Positions 12,211 to 25,019 of a stretch of 64,000 nt of DNA are shown piece after piece. Positions within the stretch are counted from its first letter, which is position 1; every line of letters begins with the position of its first letter. A program made the translations under genes and the position numbers. The DNA is from Chrysomallon squamiferum (taxonomy: Eukaryota; Animalia; Mollusca): NCBI GenBank assembly GCA_012295275.1, contig CM022678.1:3782001-3846000 (forward strand). The letters run 5' to 3'. The notes under the pieces are model-generated. The model was not told the DNA's origin and did not search any database. It worked only from the letters and a program-made list of their open reading frames with translations.

Positions 12211-13273
12211 TTAAAGTATTTCATGAAAAAAAAAATGATTTAACCTTGTTGACTCTTTTACTTTGTGGCGTAGAGACTTGTCTAGTGCTGCTTGTAAAAC
12301 AGGATACAATTTCAGACAGGTCTCAATACACAGTTTAACTGCCTGGAGAAAATAAAAAAACAAAACTAGAATGATATTAAAACAAAATAAATAAAATATA
12401 TTTTTTTTAAAGTTTTTGAAATATTCTCCCATCTAAATAAAAAATAAAAATAAAAGTATCTCCAAGCTGTGTTACTGAAATTTGTTACAAATCATGTTAC
12501 TGAAGTTTATTATAAATTATGTTACTGTTTTTAACACCGAATGTGATGAAGTTAAAACAACCTTGTTTTTATTAAAATTACATTGCTGAGGAGGTTAAAA
12601 ATCAACCTTGTTAAAATTATCTTGCTAAGAAGGTTAAAAAATCAACTTTGTTAAAATTTATATGCCGAGGAGGTTTAAATCAACTTTATTAAAATTACCT
12701 TGTGGAGGTTAAAATCAACCTTGTTAAAATTACCTTGCTGAGGAGGTTAAAATCTATTTCTCGTCTTGATGCAAGTGCTGAAATCTGGTTTATTTATGAC
12801 ATAAAATCCTACAGTGACTGAGCCTCCACTATTTGATTTCAACTTAAACTAAAATATAATTATAAATAAACGAAAGATAAACAAAGAAAACACATCAATA
12901 AAATAAATATTAAATATTACTTTAAACATAAAATAAATAATGTAGAGAACTACAATAAATAAATAAATAAATAAATCAAGTATTAATTTAAATATTAACA
13001 ATTATAATAAAACATAAAATAAAGACACATTAGTTTACATATTATAATTAACAGAATTAAAGGATTAGTGACTTAAATGTTATATCGTATAAATGTATAA
13101 AGATGAAGACTGATAATAACAAATATTGGTGAAAAAAAAATAATTTAAGAATTGTAATAAAAATATGTTAAATAACAGTTGTGATGTAACAGATGAAAAT
13201 TATGAACAATAATTTAAATAATAGTAATGTTCCACCTCTTCTCCCACCCCCAAAATGTTTTACTGTAAGTGAT

Positions 13274-13343
<70 letters not shown>

Positions 13344-13570
13344 ATATACATACATAATTCATACATTATATAATATTAATAACAATAACAAAAATAGCAA
13401 TATTTTTATTTTAATTATTTTATTGTCATGTCACGAAGTACTTTAATTTATAAATCTAATTAAATAATGGTCTAATAAAAAAAAACAAAAAAAAAAAACA
13501 TTTAGTTTATTAAATTATTTACTTGTCTGTACTCTTCTTTGTGGGATCCAAGAAAATAATATCTTGATAA
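12211..13570 (-). pseudogene. EXOSC6: EXOSC6 copy C (3' exons only)
   Basis: Last exon at 12342-12211 (AVKLCIETCLKLYPVLQAALDKSLRHKVKEST...). Exon 8 at 12842-12734 is 109 nt vs 108 nt in copy B (frameshift). Degraded exon 7 at ~13570-13523. Confidence 0.85.
12545..12750 (-). repeat. ~38-bp tandem repeat spanning the EXOSC6 exon 8 donor
   Basis: aaaatcaaccttgttaaaattaccttgctgaggaggtt, about 5-6 progressively decaying copies; reverse complement = aacctcctcagcaag|gtaattttaacaaggttgatttt. Confidence 0.85.
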
Positions 13571-13606
13571 ATATATATATATTTATTTACTTTGATATAT
13601 TACTTG

Positions 13607-13671
<65 letters not shown>

Positions 13672-13804
13672 ATGACAAATCAATTGTTTTTTAAGAACTT
13701 CTTTTTTTGTAGTTTCTTTAGGCAACAACAAAATCAGTATATGTCTGAAATAAAAGTTGAGTTGGGAAATAAAAGTTAATTTCATTTAGATTTTGTACTA
13801 TATT

Positions 13805-13915
<111 letters not shown>

Positions 13916-14024
13916 GTTTGAACTATAATGTTAAATCTTAAATTTTGTGTGTGCATATATATATATATACACACACACACAATAGAAACATAACAAATAA
14001 ATAAATAAATAAATAAATAAATAA

Positions 14025-14061
<37 letters not shown>

Positions 14062-14900
14062 TAGAAACAAAATTATGAAAAGAATAACGATAGACAATCA
14101 ATTTTTTCTGTTTTCACCGATAACAATATTTCAGTGTGTTATATTTATAAACATATCCAAATACAAAAACGTATCACACCATTCAGTGCAGACGATTAAA
14201 TAAAATATTAGCGTACACAGTAACACAGATAGTCCTGTCAAGAACGAGTAAAGAAAGGAAGAAAACATCTGTGTTAGACAGTAATAGAAATATTTAGTGA
14301 CGTGTGAGTCCAAAGTTTATCCAAAGTGTATTGATTTACATCCATTGTCTGAATAATGTATATTCTTTTAAATATAATTAATTTATCTATTCTTATAGCA
14401 GAAAAATTAAGAGAGAAAATAAAAATAAAAAATAAAAATAATGACAATAATAATAAAACAAAATAAAATAAATACTATAATTACAACAGAAATAATCAAG
14501 TCAATGCAGTGATACATATGTTTGTAAAAACTACAGTCGGTTCTGTGTAGTTATCGATCTACGTGCAAGCTACCACAACCTAACACTCCTGGTTTCTATA
14601 TTTACGACTGATGTGTTCTGCGTTTTCAGTAACAGTCGGCGTTAAACAACATACAAGTCACGGTATATACAAAGAGTACGTATCTTTCTACCTACCTTCC
14701 TTCATACCGGTCAAACACATACACAAACACTCACACACACAAACACATACATACATACATACATACATAAATTCATATATATATATATATTATATATACA
14801 TATATATACACACACAAACACACACTCATTCTTATGCTCATTGTTCATGTAAATTGTTTCTTTTTCAGTTTCAGATGTTAAAACAAAACAAAAACTTGTA

Positions 14901-15929
14901 ATGACAGAAAGCTGTGATATCTCTTCTCCTTCAGTAAACGGCGTCACAGAAGCAGACAAAATAAAACTGCGGTATGCTACGTACAGAGGTTGGAATCGGA
15001 AAGAACTTGCTCTCAAGTTAGCTATATCCGGATTTCAGTATACTGGTAACGGTGACAAAGTGAAATGTGAAACTTGTGGCGTTCAAGTAGACAACTGGTT
15101 GCCGTCATACGACGCCATTGAAACACATCGCAAACACTCCCCGAACTGCTCTTATATTAATAAGTGGTTTGGCGGGAAAAACCAGACGACAGCTGAAGCT
15201 AGTAGAAACGATGTGGAGACGAAAATTCCTCCGAAATACCCATTATACGAGAGCTACCAAAACAGGCTAGACAGTTACTTTGGGTGGCCGCTGAAAAACG
15301 CACACCAAAGTCCCTCGTCCATGGTGGCAGAGGGTTTTTTCTACTTGGGATCTGCGGACAGAGCAAGATGTTTCCAGTGTGGTATCACTCTACGAGACTG
15401 GGACGAAGATGATTTTCCATTGGACGCCCACGTCACGTGGTCTCCCGACTGCCAGTTTGCTCAGCAGAGACTAGCCATGCGAGAAGTGTCACCTGATTGT
15501 GATGAGACAAAAGCAGGCTACAATAAAATGTCTAACGCAAATGAGGAAAAGAAAAACAAAGGACAGCATTCTGAAAGGAAAAGCGGAAACGCCTTTGAAA
15601 CAGCAAACACTGAAGCAGAAGCGACTTTAGATGCGCTTTTTAATGGAGGAAATAGAAACACGAACGAATCGTCTGTGGAAGTAAGAACTATCACCGGTGT
15701 ACCTAATGACGACACAGACACTGAAGGCGCAGTCGGGGGCATACGTAATGATGATGACGTCATGTCGGACGTGCGCAGTACGATGATAGACGCTGTTCTA
15801 GAGTTTGGATGCAGTATGGAAAGTGTAAGGAAGGCAATTCAGCTAGAGAGACAGAGAAACGGGAGAGATTTTCCTGATGCACAATCACTGTTTGCAGCAA
15901 TACTAGATATTGAAGAATCTAAGTGTTAA
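14901..15929 (+). CDS. IAP2 (BIR-BIR-UBA-like, no RING), 342 aa
   Basis: Intact ORF, close paralog of IAP1, preceded by acceptor tttttcagtttcag (5' UTR intron). Confidence 0.93.
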   Translation: MTESCDISSPSVNGVTEADKIKLRYATYRGWNRKELALKLAISGFQYTGNGDKVKCETCGVQVDNWLPSYDAIETHRKHSPNCSYINKWFGGKNQTTAEASRNDVETKIPPKYPLYESYQNRLDSYFGWPLKNAHQSPSSMVAEGFFYLGSADRARCFQCGITLRDWDEDDFPLDAHVTWSPDCQFAQQRLAMREVSPDCDETKAGYNKMSNANEEKKNKGQHSERKSGNAFETANTEAEATLDALFNGGNRNTNESSVEVRTITGVPNDDTDTEGAVGGIRNDDDVMSDVRSTMIDAVLEFGCSMESVRKAIQLERQRNGRDFPDAQSLFAAILDIEESKC

Positions 15930-16397
15930 TCTTTTTGTTTATTTATCAGATAACAGTTATCACACACACATATACACACACACACACACAGACACACACA
16001 CACATAAATGCGATTTTCTGTTTGATATAGAAAACTTATATTCTTGTGTAGTGGAACTACAATAATTGTAATTTTAATTATAATTCTATCGTTTGTGAGG
16101 CCGTGACTATAATCATATTCTCATAAAGGAAAGTAGGTGCCCACCAGTGTCGTGTAACATTTGTCTGGTCCAGAATGCAGACGACATTAATTAAAAGATA
16201 AAATGTTTAAAAGGACTTCGTTTTCTATGAAACACTGTCAGAACTGGGAACAGAAGTGAAAACAGTAAGTTATTAAAAAATTTGAAAAACAGGGACAATG
16301 TATTTTGTAATGAGGATTTCATGATGTCCTTTAAATTTCATCCACATTTTGTTTTAAAAATAAGACCTACTTCATTTTATAATTATTTTTGATATTT

Positions 16398-16715
16398 TCT
16401 GTGATAGCATTTATTTTTCTTTCATGAGACATTTTAAAAGCATCTGTGATTATCATATATATTTTTCTTTTATGACAAATTATAAATTTATCTGTTATAA
16501 TTGTATTTATTTTTATTTTATGACATATTTTAAAAATATCTTTGATTATTATATTTAGTTTTCTTTTATGAGACATTTTAAATGTATCTACGATCAATGT
16601 ATTTGTTCTGTCATAATTATATCTCTATTTTGTATGAGAACTTTTAAAAGAATCTGTTATAATTATATTGTTTTCGTTTTATGAGAAATTTTAACACTAT
16701 CTGTGATAATTATAT
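16398..16715. repeat. 48-bp minisatellite, shorter paralog of 4710-5320
   Basis: Same unit at the equivalent position in duplication unit 2. Confidence 0.8.
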
Positions 16716-18259
16716 TCAGTTTTCAATATATTGTGTGTGTGTGTCATTTAGATTTCACCCGTATTAAAAATAGTTCACCTTATAATTATATTAAAAGTAA
16801 CTGTGAAAATAATTCAGTGTTTCCTTGAGGTTTGTTAAATAGTTAAACTATATATATATATATTTGTTCTTCATCTACGAGGGAGAAATATGATCAGTTC
16901 TAGGTTGTAAATTGTGTGAACAAGTGGTCTGAGAGAAATGAGTGCTGTCAGTTGAAAGTAATGTTGAATCTGGTAGCGATATTGTTTATGGAAAAAGATT
17001 ACATATACCTTTCAAGATCATGGTTGTTTACCTCTGAAAATGAGCATAAACGTAAGGATCATAATCATTTGCTGCTTCTCCTTCCTGGTCTTTTCTTCTT
17101 TTTAGTATTACTTTGACTTTATTATTATTATTATTATTATCATTATTATAATAATTATTATTATTATAGGTAAAGTTTTTAAAGTTGGTTGTTCAAGAGA
17201 TACTGATAATGCGCTAACGTTATGCATTTGAGATAACTTACAGATAAAAAACAAAACACTTTAGATGCAGATAAAATAAACACCTGACAACGTGAGAACG
17301 TGACCATGTGTAGAACTAACATGTGACTCTTAGCTGTGTACAAAGTTCAAGGAGATAAAACAGTGGGCTTTTTATAAAATAATTCGAAGTTTTATCATTG
17401 AAATTGACTTACAAACACTGAATAACTCTTGCCACTTGTGGTTGTGATATTCCAGTTCTGCGACACCTAGGTGAATAAACTACAACAAACATCATCGCTG
17501 ACGATAAACACGCGTGTGATGAAAAGATCAGGTAATAAATAACTTTTCTTTCGTTTCGTAGAGCAGTAATAAACTGACGTAATTTGGAGCAATTTTATCA
17601 AATAGGTTTAGAAGGAAATTGATGAATAACAAGAAAATAGTGATGATAGAAGAAAAAAGTAAATAATAATAATAATAAAAATAAAGATAAGAATAAATAT
17701 AAATAAATACAACAGTGAAGTAAATAAACTGTAAAACAATTATTTGTAATTTGCTATAATTTGTTGAAACGACATTTTAAAGCTTGATTGCTTACTTCAT
17801 TTTGTCTAACTGTCATTGATGTTGTCGCTGGGTTTTTTTTTATTTCTTTTTCTTCTTCTTTATCGTCTTGTTCTTACTACTACTACTACTATTTGTATTA
17901 TTCATTGAATAATAAGTACTATTATTTTCCTTATTATAATTGCTGTTTGTTTTTAAGTAGTATTATTGCTATTATTGTCTGTGTTTTAATGTGTTATCTT
18001 AATGTTGAAAATATTAATGAGATTTAAGACATTCATTAACACATTTCTTTTCTTTCTTTTTTTTTAGCTGTGTGCTGCTTGTTTCTTTTAAATGTTGCTT
18101 TAAATTTGTGTGTAATTACCTTCGTTTTTCAGTTAATATTGTTGATTATCTATTGCATTTTATTTCAAGGTAAGAAGAAGGTGTTTCTCAGATGGAACAG
18201 TCATAGCCTTCTTGAATTAGACAGAACCCACAGATACAGCTATGAAGAGTTAATCTGTG

Positions 18260-19461
18260 ATGGCTGACAACTCTGTTGTTTCTCATATCAACATTAAACT
18301 GGAACACATAGCTTGTGAGGTCTGTTTAGAGTGTTTCGATGACAAGGAAAAGTTACCCAGAACACTTCCATGTGACCATTCCTTCTGCACACAGTGTCTG
18401 ACCTCTGTCTGGGACAGAGCACCAGACGGTGTGATCTGTCCGAAATGTCATCATCTTTATCCGGTCGAAGGGTCAATCGAGTCAAGCTTTGCAGTCAGTG
18501 GTATGCTGAAAGGCATCACAGAGTACATGCTACTGAAGAACAAGCCTGAACAAATCAGATGTCACGAATGTCCTGATAACCAGAACGCGGCAGTTCGCTG
18601 TGTCAACTGTCGAGAGTTTATGTGTTCGTCTTGTGCCAAATGTCACAAGAAATTTGCAGGCACAAAACACCACAAAACAGTTTCTCTTTCAGAGCTGGTC
18701 GAAATGCCAGCAGAAGAATTTTTCCAACCAAAAGACTCGTGTGATATTCACCCTCACATGTCCACTGACTTGTTCTGTGAAACCTGTACAACTCCTGTGT
18801 GTTCGTCGTGCACTCTAATTCACCATAAAGACCACAACATACACGACCTCAACGACGTCTACAGCAAGAAAAAACAACTGATTTCAACCATTTTGGCCGA
18901 TCTGCAGAAATCAACAACAGAGAACAAAATGTACAGACGAACTTTAAATTCAGACAAGACTAAACTAGATGAGATTTTAAAAACTCGTTTGGAAGAGATT
19001 GAGAAATCTGTCAACAAACTTGTGACACAAATAAAAAACGTGTCAGAACAGCAGAAAGAGGAAGTCAGATCAAATGTAGGGAGACAAAAAACGTTGAGAG
19101 ACAGAAAGTTAAACATGATTGGACAGCTTGAGGCTGACAGAGCTGATCACGTGACTGCCTGTGAACGGAAAATGCAATTCGCACGACAGTCTGAGTTTAT
19201 TAACATGTGTGGAGATCTTGAAAATGAAACAAATTCGCTGTTAGAAAATTCACATATAGTTGATATTTCATTAGAGGAAATTCCCCGAGATGACATATTT
19301 GTGTTGTTACAGAATCTGTTAGCGGAAAGACCTATAGCGTACAGCGGAACTAATTCTGAGGACGAAAAGCTAGGTATTTTTAAATACAGTCATCATTTAC
19401 AAAGATTAGCAGAAAATACGATGATTTAAATAGATAAGAGTTTTTTTCTTGATACGTGATC

Positions 19462-19553
<92 letters not shown>

Positions 19554-20760
19554 AATAAATGAAAAAGCAGACAGAAAAAGAGAAGGGGAGATAACTGCGA
19601 ATTTTCTGTTTGTATGTTACTATGAGTTAATTGTTTTCGTTATTTATACATAACTGTCTATATGACATATTTGCTATAGTAAATATTTATCATGATTATT
19701 AAACACTTTGTGTGTTGATTATTTCTGGTATGTACTTGTAGTATCAGACACGAAGAAGACGAGGAAAGATTCTGTTTGATGATCAACAAAGTCGGTTGGG
19801 CAAAGTTCTGTGTAAGTAAATTTTAATAATAAAAGAAGAGTTCGTAATCTAAAACTTCAGTAACCTATCACAGTGATGTTACACACAGACACACTCACAG
19901 ACTTACAGATGTATACTCACGCTATTTAATTGTGTTTGTCCTTCTGTGCCATTCCGTACCCGAATATTGTCTGAGTCTGATCAGACGTACACAAAACAGC
20001 GAATATACATTAATAAATGCGTCCGTACTGATGTTTGGTTTCTTTGTTGTTGTTGTGTGGGTTTTTTTCCTGTTCTTTTTTTTTTTTTTTAATTCATTTA
20101 CTTATTTATTTATTTCCTTTTGTTTCATTTCTATTTTATTTTATTTTACATGATTTATTTATTTATTTATCTGTAGTACCTAAACTGGACTTTTCCCTAA
20201 ATCTGAGTTCTGACACACCAACGTACTACGAGACAGAGTGTGTGATGAAAGAAAGACAGACGAAGCGAAAGACGACACAGCTTTGTCAAGTAGCAGAACT
20301 TGGTCTGTGTGTTAAAAACAATTCTCAGTACGGTTGGTTTATCAACAAAAACGTACACGTCTGGTACGTTCAAGTGTTGATAAACACAGATAACAGTTTT
20401 TATGTGAAGGTTTATTCTCGTACACATTTTGTGCATGAAAGTCGTGTCGCTGGTTACAGTGACAACTCTGTACTAAGACTGACCCTAGGCTGGTTACTGG
20501 ACACTAGAACCAAAACTTTACACGTCATTGACGTCAAACAGAGCAAACTGATTTACTCCATCCACGATGTTGACGTGTCGAAGCCGTTGACGCCAATGTT
20601 TTATAACAGCTGTTCTACATATTTCAACGTGACCGCAAAGGTGATTTCTGGCGAAAGTCTTTCATTGATTACTGATACTGTGAGACTGATATCCAACGTG
20701 ATGCAAGGAAAAAGAAGAAAAGAAGACGAAAGACAGTTGCAGTATTTAAAGAAGAAATAA
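18260..20760 (+). CDS. TRIM2: RING-Bbox-Bbox-coiled coil-SPRY-like, two coding exons (18260-19373, 20177-20760), ~565 aa
   Basis: Intact RING and B-boxes. Donor ctag|gtattt and acceptor ctgtag|ta are phase 1-compatible; 1114+584 nt = 566 codons including the stop. Confidence 0.87.
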
Positions 20761-21225
20761 TGATCTCCCTTTGCCATGTATTTTTATGTACTGTAACACT
20801 GTGTGTATACATTTACTCACTCAGGATATTTTGTCACTTTTACTGTCTGAACTGTCGTGTACTTATTTGATATAGAGAATAGAAAATATCACACATATTT
20901 GAAAATGAAAATTTTCTGAAATCTTTCATTCTATTTAAAATTTATTTATTTGAGGTGATTAAAAAATTGTTTTCTTCTTCTTCTTCTTCTTATTATTATT
21001 ATTTTTAAATTATTATTATTTAATCATTTTTCGGGGTATTTTATAATTTATAAAAATAAAGTTTTGATCTAAATATCTAATTTTGGTATTCTTTATTAAA
21101 ATAGTTCTTTATGGGTTTGAGATTACAAAGTTGTTAAGACATTAATTTAAGAACTCATTAAAAATATGTACTTAAGTCACTAAGTAAACAGTTCTCTATT
21201 AACAAGAAATGAGGCATGTAATTCA

Positions 21226-21256
<31 letters not shown>

Positions 21257-21443
21257 TATATATATATATAAGGAATATTCATAAATTTATTGTGAAATTC
21301 TAATTTGATTGTATCAGGGACATTCATTGTATTTTGTTTATAATAAATAAAATACCACTGATCAAAATTTTTGACTGTATTTATTTATTTATTTGTTTAT
21401 TTATTTATTTATGCACAGAGACATATACATTATTATTATCATT

Positions 21444-21533
<90 letters not shown>

Positions 21534-22322
21534 GACATTATTTACGATATTGTTTCTAGTGATGTTAACTGTGGGATGGTATAAAAATATAAACATGTTT
21601 AAACAATTTATTATTTATCTACACTTTCTGTGCTGACTGCAGATCAGTTTTAGGTATCTCGACTGACATGCGGACACACACAGGATCGATCCTTCTCCGA
21701 TGTCCTTTTCTGTTATTTCCAGATCCACAAAACAGCCAATCAAAAGTCACGGCAAGTAGGTTTCAGTTTTCCGAAGACCCTGATTAAAGATTTCGTTTTG
21801 CTTTAAAATTTGATTATCTGTATAACTGTCAGCTCGAGAAAATACGATCGTTATTTTCTTTTAATTGTAACTTTAGTAAAAGAATAAAATATGAGTGATA
21901 GTTGACAATAATTTCTATCTCATGCTTACAAATGTAAAACAAAAACATTTCGACTTTTTATCCACGTTTGTAAATTGTTCTTTGTAATGTGAATTGTTTT
22001 CAACAAGAAATAGTTTGATATTCATTGTAAATAGACTAAATAAAATATTAATGTCCTATACTCAGTCTGTCAGAGATATTTGGATATTTACTCTCTTAAA
22101 TAATATATATATTTATTTATTAATTATATATATATATATATATAAATAATTAATAAATAAGTACACAAATATATCTATAAAACATTTAAATGTCTCAATA
22201 CTGATCTGAATCTTTAAATTACCGAAACAATATTTTAGCACAATAAATAAATAATATTAAATAATTTAAAAGTTTTTACACTAATCTGTTCTTCAAATTA
22301 TATAATTATATATCGTAATTAA

Positions 22323-23359
22323 TTAGTATCTGATTCCTGATTCTTCAATGTCTAGAACGGCTGCATACAACGACTCTGCATTAGGAAAAGTCTTCCCGTT
22401 TCTCTGTCTCTCTAGCTGAATTGCTTTCCTTACACTTTCTATGCTGCATCCAAACTCTAACACAGCGTCTATCATCGTACTGCGTACACCCCACATGACG
22501 TCATCATGGTTACGTATGCCCCCCTCTGCTCCGTCTGTATCTGTGTCACTATCACTTACGCCGGAGTCGGTTCTAACTTCCATACAGGATTGGTTTGTGT
22601 TTGTATTTCCTCCATTATAGGGCGCATATCCGATAGAACGTGCTTCGACCGTTTTTTGAAAGACGGTTTCGGTTTTCCTTTCAGAATGTTGTTCTTTGTT
22701 TTTCTTCTCCTCAGTTGGGTTAGACATTCTGTTGCTTTCTGTGTTTCTCTCGTCACTACTTGAAAACACGCCGCGTCTGGCTAGTTCTTGTCTCTGCCGA
22801 GCAAACTGGCAGTCGGGAGACCACGTGACATGGGCGTCCAGTGGAAAATCATCCTCGTCCCAGTCTCGTAGAGTGATACCACACTGGAAACATCTTGCTC
22901 TGTCCACAGATCCCAAGTAGAAAAAACCCTCTGCCGCCATGGACGGTGGACTTTGGTGTTCGTATTTTAGCGGCCACCCAAAGTAACTGTCTAGCCTATT
23001 CTGGTAGTTCTCGTATAACGGGTATTTCGGAGGAATTGTTGTCTCCACATTATTTCTACCAGTTTCCGATGTCGTCTGGTTTCTCCCGCCAAACCACTTA
23101 TTAATGTAATTGCAGTTCGGGGAGTGTTTACGATGTGTTTCAATGGCGTCGTATGACGGCAACCAGTTGTCTACTTGCACGCCACAAGTTTCACATTTCA
23201 CTTTGTCACCGTTACCAGTATACAGAAATCCGGCTATAGCTAGCTTGAGAGCAAGTCTTTTCCGATTCCAACCTCTGTATGTAGAAAACCGCCTTTTTAT
23301 TTTGTCTGCTTCTGTGACGCCGTTTACTGAAGGAAAGAGAAATCAATGGTTTCTGTCAT
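22323..23359 (-). pseudogene. IAP3 (BIR-BIR-UBA-like) with a 1-nt deletion near codon 9
   Basis: ATG at 23359 reads MTETIDFSFLQ*. Paralog IAP4 has tct tct cct tca, this copy has tct tt cct tca. The rest of the frame is open to 22323. Confidence 0.82.
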
Positions 23360-23685
23360 TACAACTTTTTGTTTGGTTTTAATATCTGAAATTGAAAACA
23401 AATATAAAAAAAAAAAAAAAAAAAAAGAAACAAACAATATATGTCTGTGTGTGTGTGTATATATGTATATATATATATAAATGCACACACACATAAAGGA
23501 GCATCAGAAATATTCCCCAAAAGTTAGAATTTATGATACTAAACGAGTAATAGTATTTCAGACATATTCATTATTTTAATTTATTTTTTGTTACTTTTTC
23601 TCAACAGAATAAAATAAAATGAAATAATTAGAAAGAAAGAAAGAATAAACATAAAGTTTAATATTCTGATTAAAATACAAATATA

Positions 23686-23772
23686 CTCACTGAAAATATG
23701 ACGTCATCTTAATTCGGAACGAGGTATTGGTTAAATTCGTCACATTGTATGGATCTTTTAAGCGCATGCGCA
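23686..23772 (-). promoter_or_regulatory. Putative first non-coding exon/promoter of IAP3, with CRE and NRF-1 motifs
   Basis: Minus-strand donor ttttca|gtgagt near 23690, palindromic TGACGTCA at 23699-23706 and GCGCATGCGC at 23762-23771. Confidence 0.5.
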
Positions 23773-24060
23773 TTTAGTGATGCTCGAAGAATATGCCGGT
23801 GCAGTTTCTACTTTGTTTTCGCAGCTAAACAGAAGGTAAATTTGAAAATGACACACAAGCAGATTTCAATGAAATAATCATTATGTGCTTATAGGTTAAG
23901 GTACAAGGAGACACATGATTGATAAACTGACATCATCAGACAAAGTACGATGTTCGTACGATGATCAGATCTATAAATAGCACCACTTTCTAACAATCAC
24001 TTATTTATTTATCTGCTTGTTTATTTAATTATTTCAATCATGTTTTATTTGTTTATTTAT

Positions 24061-24147
<87 letters not shown>

Positions 24148-25019
24148 ATACATATATACCCACACTCACCCACAGAGATAAATATAATATACATTAAGAA
24201 TGATATTGCAAGAAAAAAAAAAAAAAAAAAAAAAACAACAACTAATAATAAAAAAAAGAACGTCTGCAAATAAAAAGAGATTAAAAGAATGGGAAACTGG
24301 GCTTTCATTGTATAAGTTATAAATTTTATTGTAATTTTTAATTTTGATTATATTAAACAGTATATCTTCCACTCAGTAATTCATTAACAATCGAGGAAAA
24401 CCTATGTCGATGAAATTCTCGTAGACTGATCACTAATTTTTACGTCTGTTTAAGCCATAAAGAGACAAAGGTGTGTTTTTTTTAACTAAAAAATGAGGCA
24501 CAAAGAAAAAAAAACAACAACAAACAAAGAACAACAACAAAAAAACAAAAAACAAAAAAACCCAACAAATTAAAGAAAACAAAGAAAGGAAAAGAAAAAG
24601 GTGAAATCTTTAATATTTTGATATTGATCCAAATCGCAAATTAATGTATCCAGAGACGAACATACACTCACGCATGCACGCGCACACACACATGTACACA
24701 CATTTACAGAACCCCTGATGCACTCAGTTATTTATATATTCAAGTTACATTGTTCAGTATCTAAGGTGAACAGTCCCCCGGTAGCTAACTTTCAAGTGTG
24801 AGTTCCCGTATTCGCCAAGTGACTCCCTGTCGCTGCATTTTAGGTGGAAAAACCTCTTACTTTGTTGAATTTAATTATGAAATAATTTACTTCAAGATTA
24901 CTTTTATTCTTTCTTTGTTTCTTTTTTATTTGTTTATTTAGTTCTTGTTTATTTATGTTATTTATATTAATAATAATAAAAAAATTAAAAATAGTAATAC
25001 TTTTCTGTAATAAATAATA

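Larger units (their letters stand above)
9770..13570 (-). repeat. Inverted segmental duplicate of ~60915-63990
   Basis: Reverse-complement matches, e.g. 9960 gtacataacttttgattgcacctaat vs ~63796, 10190 tacacagttgttgacctgc vs ~63563, 11135-11270 vs 62590-62720, and EXOSC6 exons 7-9. Confidence 0.88.

Noticed and set aside
20035-20176. Hydrophobic signal/TM-like start of the 241-aa ORF
   Set aside because: T-rich intron upstream of the acceptor at 20176.
21334-21636. Poly-Leu/Ile/Asn and other low-complexity ORFs throughout the window
   Set aside because: Microsatellite translations.
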